The position numbers and the translations under genes are program-made. A stretch of DNA of 64,000 bases, from positions 124,001 to 188,000 of the IMG/VR virus record IMGVR_UViG_3300020438_000007; one strand, written 5' to 3'. Numbering within the stretch: position 1 is the first letter of the stretch; each line of letters starts with the position of its first letter. Positions 56,248 through 64,000 of this stretch are shown piece after piece. Below the pieces are notes generated by a model. The model was given only the letters and a program-made list of their open reading frames with translations, had not been told where the DNA came from and did no database searches.

Positions 56248-57761
56248 ACACTATCGCTTTTTGCAAGGTTCTGATCTTTGAATACTACTTGAATGTTCTC
56301 CATTGTAGTTTTGCCTCCTAGTGAGTGTGGAGTGATATGATCTAGACTTGTGATATCTGGGTCTTTTGCTTCCTCACGACTAATGGGGCGACCAGATAGA
56401 GGACAAACTCTGTTCTGTCCTTCCCATAGAGGGATTCTCCAACGTGGATCTGCAAGTCTTACTTCATCTTTGACTACTGCAATACCTGCTTCAACTAACA
56501 TAGGAATTAAATCCTCACGAATGTGCTCAACTCTGTGCTTTGCCTTGTACCAAGTGTTTGCACCATAGAGATCATAGAACTTAACCCATGTCTCACGATC
56601 TTGACCTGTATTGTACTTAGGTGTTTTGTCCTGACACTTCTCGTCATACCACGCCATGTAGACATCAAATAGTCTCTTGTAGTTACTCTTAGCAACTGAA
56701 CCATTGAGTCTCTCAATCTCAACAAACAACCAATAGAAATCATGTAAGATGTTTCTACCACCAGTTGCAGCAAGGTTCTTCCTCTTTTGAACAGTTTCCC
56801 TCATGAAAGGAAGGAAAATGTTATTAAGGAACTTGACAAAATTATCATAGTTCTTTGTTACCTTTGTGTTATTGGTACTTCCAACAACGTAGTCAGCATC
56901 AAGAGTAGATGTTGCATAAGGGTCAATCTGACCATACCATGTATAGTAGTTAGACCATGCTGCGAGGTAGGCACAGAATTTGTATCTGATAGAATTAGAC
57001 TTTGTGATGAAGTCTGCAGCAAGGAACTCTTCCTTGAGTACGTCATTCAAGTCACGAATAGCACGACAATAGATCGAAGTATTGCAGTTACGGAACTCCT
57101 CAGTAGTCAAGTCCTCATTGTTGTTCAATTTGATGAACAAATCTTTCCTCTCTTCAGAGGTTAGAGAAGGATACTCAAACCAGTTGAACAAAGCAGAATC
57201 AACTGCCTCTACAAGTTTAGCATAGTCTTGACCCAAGTTCAAGAGAACTGACTTTGTGTAGTAGTCATCTTGATCTAAGATAACTGTGGTGTTCTTATAA
57301 TCTCCAATGATGCCGTCCCACTCTCTAACTGTATAGTTACCAGACTCCAGAGGAACTAGATCATTGTCCCAATCTTCAATGGCATCACATCTGTTACCAC
57401 CATCAATGTGTAGATACTTATAACCTTGTTCTTGGAAAAAGATAAGTCTCTCTCTATATTCAACATCTAAAGGATCATTGTACACAGCAATCCTTGCGTT
57501 CATGGCATAAATTGTCTTTGCAATATTTACCATATGAAATGATGAAAGTTCAGCGTATCCTTGAATAACAGCACTAATATAAGATGACTGTTTGCCTGGA
57601 AGATGTCTCCACACTGACTCTCGTTGTACGTCACGATCACGACCTGCTGCTTTCAGAATCTCCTTGAAAGCATGTCCAGTCACCTCATAAAAAGGTTCTT
57701 TCTCAAGGCACTTGTGTGACTTTAGATTCCTGATCGGAATTTTCTTTGATGATTTAGGCAT
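56244..57761 (-). CDS. DUF262 (ParB-like) + C-terminal HNH nuclease, GmrSD-like (505 aa)
   Basis: IDGGNR and F.KLN....L..EE.RN DUF262-like motifs; C-terminal CPLSG...LDHITPHSLGGKT..EN.Q....N..K HNH motif. Confidence 0.7.
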   Translation of the reverse strand: MPKSSKKIPIRNLKSHKCLEKEPFYEVTGHAFKEILKAAGRDRDVQRESVWRHLPGKQSSYISAVIQGYAELSSFHMVNIAKTIYAMNARIAVYNDPLDVEYRERLIFFQEQGYKYLHIDGGNRCDAIEDWDNDLVPLESGNYTVREWDGIIGDYKNTTVILDQDDYYTKSVLLNLGQDYAKLVEAVDSALFNWFEYPSLTSEERKDLFIKLNNNEDLTTEEFRNCNTSIYCRAIRDLNDVLKEEFLAADFITKSNSIRYKFCAYLAAWSNYYTWYGQIDPYATSTLDADYVVGSTNNTKVTKNYDNFVKFLNNIFLPFMRETVQKRKNLAATGGRNILHDFYWLFVEIERLNGSVAKSNYKRLFDVYMAWYDEKCQDKTPKYNTGQDRETWVKFYDLYGANTWYKAKHRVEHIREDLIPMLVEAGIAVVKDEVRLADPRWRIPLWEGQNRVCPLSGRPISREEAKDPDITSLDHITPHSLGGKTTMENIQVVFKDQNLAKSDSV

Positions 57762-57816
57762 AATAATGACCAATTGTGACAATCTGGTACTGCGTACCTC
57801 ATGTCTTTACATATTC

Positions 57817-57845
57817 ACTATAACAGGTCCTCTTTGCCTTGTCAA
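57817..57845 (-). promoter_or_regulatory. Sigma70-like promoter
   Basis: TTGACA-17-TATAGT upstream of the DUF262-HNH gene. Confidence 0.75.
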
Positions 57846-57848
57846 CCC

Positions 57849-57977
57849 CTAATCCACAAATATGTGAGAACACTTGGGACAACAGTGAACTTCCTTCTCC
57901 TTGTACATTTGTTTGTACTCTCTGGGGTTGGAACGTTTAAACATTAACTCATCAATCTTTTTTACTTGTTTTCTCAT
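57849..57977 (-). CDS. Small protein with CPKC motif (42 aa; not in track)
   Basis: MRKQVKKIDELMFKRSNPREY...HCCPKCSHIFVD. Confidence 0.45.
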   Translation of the reverse strand: MRKQVKKIDELMFKRSNPREYKQMYKEKEVHCCPKCSHIFVD

Positions 57978-58116
57978 TTTCGATGATTTGCAACATTTCA
58001 AGAGCGCCTTGCACTTTCAAAAATTCTTCTTTCTTGAGTTCAAAAGTTTTACTCAATTCTTGGATTTCTGCTTGAAGGTCTGTCGCCCTCTTTGTCAAAT
58101 CTTCTTTGTGACTCAT
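57952..58116 (-). CDS. Small coiled-coil protein (54 aa; not in track)
   Basis: MSHKEDLTKRATDLQAEIQEL...VQGALEML. Confidence 0.6.
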   Translation of the reverse strand: MSHKEDLTKRATDLQAEIQELSKTFELKKEEFLKVQGALEMLQIIENEKTSKKD

Positions 58117-58153
58117 AATAATCTTGCACTACATGATATATATCATACCATAA

Positions 58154-58159
58154 TAAATA
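58154..58159 (+). promoter_or_regulatory. Late promoter (ATAAATA) for the plus-strand gene
   Basis: TAAATA 25 nt upstream of the ATG at 58185. Confidence 0.6.
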
Positions 58160-58184
58160 GATTTGGCAAGATCTACCTAACAAT

Positions 58185-59777
58185 ATGAACGAGAATTATT
58201 CTTTAGAAGAAGAACAAAAAGAATATGAGATAGAATCTAATCCCGAACTGCAAAGGAATGAGTTAAATCCCTCTGTAGCAACGGTCATGTATTCACATGA
58301 GAAGGTCTATAAGACTCTTGCAACTGTTGGAGACTTTGTATGTCATATTTGGTACTATGATGATAACTATGACCCTCAGAGATCCACTGAGGGGTCTAAG
58401 AGAATCCATATTGTACCTACTGACAATATTCTAAGGCATGATACTGACAGTGAACTGGTAAACTACTGGTTTAACATTGCCAATGACAAGTGGCCTCAAG
58501 GTGTAATCTTTGTCAACCCTATCATAAGGAGAAATGGGGTTAAGTTTGTAAGCAACAGTGACCTTAGAGACTGTGTGAAGTATATGTCAGGTGTTGCTGC
58601 ACACTATGATGCAAACTCTAGTGACATTGTGGCGATTGATGTTGAAGACGGCAATAAAATGTATGAGATGAGTTATGATGTGTCCGCTTCTAAGATATAC
58701 TCTGACGTATCAAACAACACCTATGATGACTTCACTTCAGGACCCCTTAGTGGTGGTAGTTTAAGTCTATCATACGATCAATCGTTTGGAAGTGGTCAGA
58801 TCTCTATGAGTAGTCTTGCTGTTACACTAAGTGGTTCGTCTCCAGAAAATTTCAGTCAGTATTATAGAGGCAACAAAGTTGCAAATATATCTCAAAACAA
58901 TAGTGTTCCCACTAGTGGCACTTTCTCATTCAGTCAGTTGAGAAACGTAACCACTGGTGTGACTGCTAATGCTAATGGAAATTGGATGCACCTACAAGCA
59001 AGATGGGAAGTATTTACTGGTGGAATATGGGAATCCAATTTAAATAAGAGATTGAATGTAACTGGTAGTGTTGGAGGAGCGACTGACAACCCTGCACTGC
59101 GATTTAATGGTTCTGGCGCAGGCAAAATTGATGTATCTATTTCGGGTGATGTGAGGGGAGTCTCTGGCACGCCTGGTTTGCAAGGTGTCGCAGGCCTTGG
59201 TAAACCTGGCGGAACTGCAAATAAGGCAATGCACGTTGCAAGTCCAATCAGGATGTCTAGTGGTGACCTAAACAGCAGAATCCGTGGCGGTGGCGGCGGA
59301 GGCGGCGGTGGCGGTGGTGGAGGTAAAGGTGGTGGCGGAGGTCACGGCGGAGGTAGAAGATGTAGAGGTTGGTTCTGTAATAGTTCCGAAAGAGTATGCC
59401 ACAATAATGGTGGTCAAGGTGGTGCTGGTGGTAATGGAGGAATTGGTGGAGTAGGTGCTGGATATGTTTGGGCTGGATCTTATTTCGCAGCGCACTCTGG
59501 TAGTGCTGGATATGGTGGCCAAGGCGGTTCAGGCGGTAGTTCTAGAGGAGGTGGCCAAGGCGGAAATGGTGGTGGCGGCGGTAGAGGCGGCGGACATGAA
59601 CAAAATGGCACTGCTGGTAACCAAGGTTCAAAAGGCGATCGAGGCGAAAGAAACGAGGAAAGTTGCGGATATGCCGGCGATGGTAGACGTGGTGGACAAG
59701 GCAGTAATGGAGGCGCTGGAGGTGGTAATGCAGGTAAGTGGACAACTAGTGGTAGTGGAGGTATAACTAATATCTAA
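58185..59777 (+). CDS. Glycine-rich tail-fibre adhesin-like protein (gp38-like C-terminus) with extra ~190-aa N-terminal domain (530 aa)
   Basis: 'G.ISMS.L...FSQYYRG...N.SVPTSG.FSFSQL' motif followed by long poly-Gly tracts alternating with aromatic/Cys loops. Confidence 0.7.
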   Translation: MNENYSLEEEQKEYEIESNPELQRNELNPSVATVMYSHEKVYKTLATVGDFVCHIWYYDDNYDPQRSTEGSKRIHIVPTDNILRHDTDSELVNYWFNIANDKWPQGVIFVNPIIRRNGVKFVSNSDLRDCVKYMSGVAAHYDANSSDIVAIDVEDGNKMYEMSYDVSASKIYSDVSNNTYDDFTSGPLSGGSLSLSYDQSFGSGQISMSSLAVTLSGSSPENFSQYYRGNKVANISQNNSVPTSGTFSFSQLRNVTTGVTANANGNWMHLQARWEVFTGGIWESNLNKRLNVTGSVGGATDNPALRFNGSGAGKIDVSISGDVRGVSGTPGLQGVAGLGKPGGTANKAMHVASPIRMSSGDLNSRIRGGGGGGGGGGGGGKGGGGGHGGGRRCRGWFCNSSERVCHNNGGQGGAGGNGGIGGVGAGYVWAGSYFAAHSGSAGYGGQGGSGGSSRGGGQGGNGGGGGRGGGHEQNGTAGNQGSKGDRGERNEESCGYAGDGRRGGQGSNGGAGGGNAGKWTTSGSGGITNI

Positions 59778-60745
59778 TCTAAACCATAAACTAATTCTAA
59801 CTTAGTACCATCATGTCCAGCAGTGATAATGGTGGCACCATGTACTGCTTTGGGTTGTTCTTCCCATGAAATTATCTCTTTCTGCCATTCTTCTGACATC
59901 CCATACCAATTGGTTGCACTAGTGGAAATGTTAGATACCGATGTTTTATGAGATTGATGTCTCTCCAAATAGACTCCAAAATTATCTTGGGCTGTTGTTC
60001 CCTCTGGAGCATCATATGAAAATGTTGTAGATAAAGCATATCCTATCTCTTTAACCAATCCAGTTGAATTGAATTCAATAAGAATTTCAACATCACTGTC
60101 ACTGTCTATTACGAGTTGGTCAACCAACTTACTCACACCTTCAATATTCTGATATATCTTAGTGTTTGATCTAGTACCATATAATTTTAATAGATCCTCT
60201 GATATAGAGGTAGATTCTTTCAACAATCCTATTCTAATAGACTTATCTACTACACTAATATTCGCTGTAGATATTTCATAATCAAACTCATCAGGTTCTA
60301 ACATCTTCAACACTTCTCTTAAAGATGATGTGTCAGTATTACCTGTGACCTCAGTTGCAAGCTGACATAAGGCATCAATGGTAGGATCAATTAGAGCAGG
60401 CGATTCAAATGATAGTATCTCATTTGTCATCACATTATTCTTAAAGTATAAGAACTTATATTTGTTCATATATTTGAACAATACATTGTTACCCAAGCGT
60501 CCATCGAAGTACTCATACTGTTCAATACCTGTAGGAATACTGTACTTAAATCCATACTTTGAGACTTCACCCTCAGACTTGATAAGTCCGATAGAATCAT
60601 GAGCACTAGAGATTATCTCAGGATATATCTCTGACAGTTCTCTTATAGCATCAACATCCGCACTGTTAAACAGATTAGGGTATTTGGATATTGAACTTAA
60701 GTGTTCTAAATTAACCATTCTTTTCCTTTTTGGTAACTGAACCAA
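59774..60745 (-). CDS. Hypothetical protein (323 aa)
   Basis: ORF track; no motif recognised. Confidence 0.7.
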   Translation of the reverse strand: MVQLPKRKRMVNLEHLSSISKYPNLFNSADVDAIRELSEIYPEIISSAHDSIGLIKSEGEVSKYGFKYSIPTGIEQYEYFDGRLGNNVLFKYMNKYKFLYFKNNVMTNEILSFESPALIDPTIDALCQLATEVTGNTDTSSLREVLKMLEPDEFDYEISTANISVVDKSIRIGLLKESTSISEDLLKLYGTRSNTKIYQNIEGVSKLVDQLVIDSDSDVEILIEFNSTGLVKEIGYALSTTFSYDAPEGTTAQDNFGVYLERHQSHKTSVSNISTSATNWYGMSEEWQKEIISWEEQPKAVHGATIITAGHDGTKLELVYGLD

Positions 60746-61287
60746 GTGATAACAGAATATCTTTCACCTTTTGTCACAGGTTTGACCTCGTGTATGAACA
60801 AGTGATTACTTGGATATACATGAACAGAGTTGCTTTCAGATATCATATTATGATTACCCCAAAAACAAATATTGCCGCCCTCATAATCATCATTGATAGT
60901 ATATGATGTGGTTACTGAACCAGCATCAGCATCAACGTCTGTGTGAGGAGATAGATAACCGCCTTCTGGATACTTACATAACCAGTATCCTGAGTATTTA
61001 TCGTATATTGGGTCTGTTGGTAATGTGCCTTTGTAATCATTGTATATTGCAGGCATCAATCTAATGTGTGCCTTGTGAATCAAATCAAATATCTTTCCAT
61101 GCTCAGGTTCTATCAACATTTGTGACCTGTAACCTTTCAAGTTATAGTATGAAGTAGGAGGAGGATTGTCTGGTTCAGGCCAATCTAATCCTTTAACGAG
61201 TTCGAGCAATCGTCTATGATCGACTGTAGAAAGAACATTCCCATGATGAAAGATATAGTGAAGTAGTCCTTTTGTTTCATTCAGCAT
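60706..61287 (-). CDS. Putative 2OG-Fe(II) oxygenase, prolyl-4-hydroxylase-like (193 aa)
   Basis: KYPEGG..SPHTD...INDDYEGG...YPSN.LFIHEVKPVTKGERYSVITW. Confidence 0.85.
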   Translation of the reverse strand: MLNETKGLLHYIFHHGNVLSTVDHRRLLELVKGLDWPEPDNPPPTSYYNLKGYRSQMLIEPEHGKIFDLIHKAHIRLMPAIYNDYKGTLPTDPIYDKYSGYWLCKYPEGGYLSPHTDVDADAGSVTTSYTINDDYEGGNICFWGNHNMISESNSVHVYPSNHLFIHEVKPVTKGERYSVITWFSYQKGKEWLI

Positions 61288-62044
61288 TGATATCTACGTT
61301 TAACGAGTCTGCAAATATAAATCCCGACAACGATGTTCTAGGCGTATCCTTATACCACCCCTTCTTCATTATTGCACTGTGCCACATGTATGAAGGATAT
61401 ATTATCAACCTATTGAATTTCATGGGAACATGATATTCTTCTTCCCATACATCTTCAATGAGCATTGTATCATTATCTATCATATCAGTTGCTTTATCAG
61501 AAAAATCATAGAACCACTCTTTCAAATTCCAATACTCTTCCGTTCTTTTAAATGGTTTATGTATGTTTTCAGTATTAGTTAGACCAGTTGCCTTGTGTTT
61601 AAAAAATGAGGTTCCACCTTGTCCATCATTCAAATATAATACTGTTGCATATACTGCTGGGTCAATGTGTGGTTGCACCGATACCCTAGGCACTTGTCTG
61701 TCACTAAACATTGAATTGACCTGATATGACACTTTCGCATAATTAGTATCAATATTCTCAAATTCTGTACACTTCTCAATCATATGAAAAATAAGTTTAC
61801 TCAACTCTGGCAGTTCAATGAATAACCTAGACTGATAGCCTGGGAATACCTCATCGGGTTCACCCCTGCTGTCTAGATCATTATATTGCATAGGCAATTT
61901 CTCCACCACCTCACTAATGAAGTCATGGGGATTCTCCAGCACGTCATCAATTATGATTACTGGATGTGATTCTACTCTGGATACTTCATACTTTACTTCA
62001 TCATTGACTCTGTGAGTCTCGTCATTAACAATGTTCAAATTCAT
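61277..62044 (-). CDS. Putative 2OG-Fe(II) oxygenase (DUF6445-like, 255 aa)
   Basis: IIIDDVLENP...PHID....VLYLN...GGTSFFKH...MKFNRLIIYP...WHS. Confidence 0.75.
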   Translation of the reverse strand: MNLNIVNDETHRVNDEVKYEVSRVESHPVIIIDDVLENPHDFISEVVEKLPMQYNDLDSRGEPDEVFPGYQSRLFIELPELSKLIFHMIEKCTEFENIDTNYAKVSYQVNSMFSDRQVPRVSVQPHIDPAVYATVLYLNDGQGGTSFFKHKATGLTNTENIHKPFKRTEEYWNLKEWFYDFSDKATDMIDNDTMLIEDVWEEEYHVPMKFNRLIIYPSYMWHSAIMKKGWYKDTPRTSLSGFIFADSLNVDINAE

Positions 62045-62047
62045 GGT

Positions 62048-62263
62048 TTATAATTGTAGGTTGTATTCAGCAATCATGGCGAACATCTTACTTTGTATAT
62101 GTTCTAGGTATGATTTGTTGATTGGCGGTATATCCTCAAATGTATTAAGATAATCGGTGACAGTGTGATGAAGTATTCTTACCTCTTCAATTCCCATCAC
62201 CGCCTCACAATGCCAATCACCATCATGAAACTCTTCTGGTAACCACTCTTCAGGACTTTCCAT
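62048..62263 (-). CDS. Hypothetical protein (~71 aa)
   Basis: Track ORF 62048..62317, restarted at MESPEE to minimise overlap with the fibre gene. Confidence 0.6.
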   Translation of the reverse strand: MESPEEWLPEEFHDGDWHCEAVMGIEEVRILHHTVTDYLNTFEDIPPINKSYLEHIQSKMFAMIAEYNLQL

Positions 62264-64000
62264 ATCCACCAGTCTTAAGACTTTCAATTTCATCTTTGAG
62301 TTCTTTGATTGCCTCAATCAGTACTGGGACTAACTTCTCATATTTAACAGTTAAGTAATTGTCATTTTCTCGTTTAACAACTGCCTCTGGGAAGACCTTT
62401 TCTACCTCTTGTGCAGATACGCCGAGGTGTCTACCTTTTGGTAATCTAAGTTCTCTACCTGTCTCATTAAACTCATATGTAAATCCTCTAAGTTCACATA
62501 CCTTAGCAACAGCACCTTCAATCTGTTCAAGATTCTGTTTCAATCTCATGTCAGATGCGAAGGCAGTGATGTCTCCACCAACTGATAGGTTATTGCTACT
62601 AGCATTGAATGTTAATCCACCATCTGCCTGTAGTGATTGATTACCACTTGAACCACCAAGAATAACATTCTTGCTACCAGATGCACCTCCAATATTAACT
62701 TGTGATGCGGAAGCAGCGTTACCAGTGATATTACCACTGATACTACTAGCACTAAGGGCAGAAACCGATAAGGTAGTTCCATCAAATGTAAAGTTAGAAC
62801 TAGATGTAGTGTTGTTGCTTGAAGTGTTATAAGGAACTCTATTTGCACCAATAGCAATGTTGCTTGCTACTGTTGCAGTATCAGCGTTACCAGCGAATCC
62901 ACCAGCAGCAGTGAATGTTCCAGTAACCGTTAAGTTATTAATACTAGAAGAACCAGTGATAGTCGCATCAGCACCTGTGATTCCATCAGGGAAGGCACCA
63001 GCACCACCTTGGAAGATACCAGTTGCAGTAATGTCCTTGACTTTAGTACTACCATTGGAGTCTCTACCCATGATAGATGCACCACTTGTCCAGTTACTAT
63101 CAATCATTGATAGTCCATCAAGTAAGTCAGCGTTCAAGTTTACACACTTAATAGTTGATGATGTCTTAATAGGTGGTACGTTTGTTGCAATAGATTCAAA
63201 CTGGAATGACTTAATTTGTCCAGCAGGACCTGCATCAATACTCATGTTTGAATTACCACCAGCACTCAGAGCGGTAATAATACCAACGTCAGCGGTGATC
63301 TTAGGAGCAGCAAGTCCGTCACCACCAGGCGACATATTGATTCTCGCCATTGTCATAGCGAAACCAGTGATACAAGTATAAAGACCAGCGTTAGCAAAGA
63401 TAGTTAACTGTTCTGACTCTACGCCAGGATTAGGACCATACTTACTACCAATATATCTGGTAAGCATACCATCAGAGTCAACATCATTCGAGAAGTATGC
63501 GTCAGGTCCGATTAAGTCATCAGTAAATGTGATGTCTGTAGATGTAAGTTGATCAATGTTTGCAATTTCAATGTCAGCAGAACCAGTGTTAGGAACTATT
63601 AAGTTAGTAATTGTGGCGTTAGTGACTGTCTCGTTAGCAATAGTCGCACTGTTTGTTACTTCTAAGTTAGTAGTAATACCTGTGAATACTCTGTTCTCAT
63701 TGACATATTGTGTGCCCACATGAGATAGAGTTGTAATACCAATGTCAGCATACAATCCGTTAGTAACTACACCAACTGTGACGTTCAGATCAGTAATAAT
63801 ACCAGCAGTTGCATACAAATCTTTCTTAACCGAAAGTGTATCAATACCAGCGTTGATAGCATTAACAAATGTACCATTGAATGTACCACCTTCACACTCT
63901 AAGTTACCAACCTCAAGTGTGCCTGTGATTGTACTTACACCTGAGAATGTGGACTTATAAGGTCCCTCAATGTGAATTGCAGATGCAGGCTTGAAGGTTA
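62250..64000 (-). CDS. Tail fibre protein with C-terminal peptidase S74 intramolecular chaperone; 5'-truncated by window edge
   Basis: ASDMRLKQN...LRGFTY...GVSAQEVEKVFPEAV...TVKYEKLVPVLIEAIKEL; frame is open up to position 64000. Confidence 0.88.
   Translation of the reverse strand, partial: TFKPASAIHIEGPYKSTFSGVSTITGTLEVGNLECEGGTFNGTFVNAINAGIDTLSVKKDLYATAGIITDLNVTVGVVTNGLYADIGITTLSHVGTQYVNENRVFTGITTNLEVTNSATIANETVTNATITNLIVPNTGSADIEIANIDQLTSTDITFTDDLIGPDAYFSNDVDSDGMLTRYIGSKYGPNPGVESEQLTIFANAGLYTCITGFAMTMARINMSPGGDGLAAPKITADVGIITALSAGGNSNMSIDAGPAGQIKSFQFESIATNVPPIKTSSTIKCVNLNADLLDGLSMIDSNWTSGASIMGRDSNGSTKVKDITATGIFQGGAGAFPDGITGADATITGSSSINNLTVTGTFTAAGGFAGNADTATVASNIAIGANRVPYNTSSNNTTSSSNFTFDGTTLSVSALSASSISGNITGNAASASQVNIGGASGSKNVILGGSSGNQSLQADGGLTFNASSNNLSVGGDITAFASDMRLKQNLEQIEGAVAKVCELRGFTYEFNETGRELRLPKGRHLGVSAQEVEKVFPEAVVKRENDNYLTVKYEKLVPVLIEAIKELKDEIESLKTGGYGKS

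Noticed and set aside
57901-58188. Plus-strand 95-aa ORF
   Set aside because: Phe/Leu-rich shadow of two more plausible minus-strand small ORFs (57849..57977, 57952..58116).
58150-59790. Invertible (shufflon-type) adhesin segment
   Set aside because: No flanking inverted repeats or invertase seen.
58185-64000. Diversity-generating retroelement acting on the fibre or adhesin
   Set aside because: No reverse transcriptase and no template/variable repeat pair visible.

Overview
The window is a 64-kb segment of a T4-like marine cyanophage (cyanomyovirus) genome, almost entirely coded on the minus strand. Positions 1-36.7 kb hold the late baseplate/tail module: gp25, gp6, a 3007-aa gp7, a gp9/gp10-like protein, a second 3000-aa gp7-like repeat protein, gp8, a 2505-aa DUF4815/VrlC-like protein, smaller virion proteins and a >1250-aa ORF missed by the track, with TAAATA late promoters. 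Positions 37-40 kb hold a glycosyltransferase-like gene, an oxygenase and small genes. Positions 40.3-53.4 kb are an array of about 40 mostly small ORFs punctuated by 15 copies of a composite promoter unit: a 24-bp imperfect palindrome TGTGCCAST-N6-ASTGKCACA, a gap that is 7 bp in every copy measured, -35/-10 boxes, and in 10 copies an SD-less AC-rich leader. The upstream gene's stop codon lies inside the palindrome in 10 of 15 copies. The array region also contains three candidate small structured RNAs (one with a loop complementary to the shared leader) and a non-coding stretch with antisense promoters that may be a replication origin. Positions 53.6-64 kb hold tandem 2OG-Fe(II) oxygenases, a DUF262-HNH (GmrSD-like) nuclease, the only plus-strand gene (gp38-like glycine-rich adhesin fusion) and the 3' part of a tail fibre with an S74 chaperone domain. 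No tRNA, rRNA, CRISPR array or integrase was seen. All family assignments come from motif recognition by eye, not database searches.
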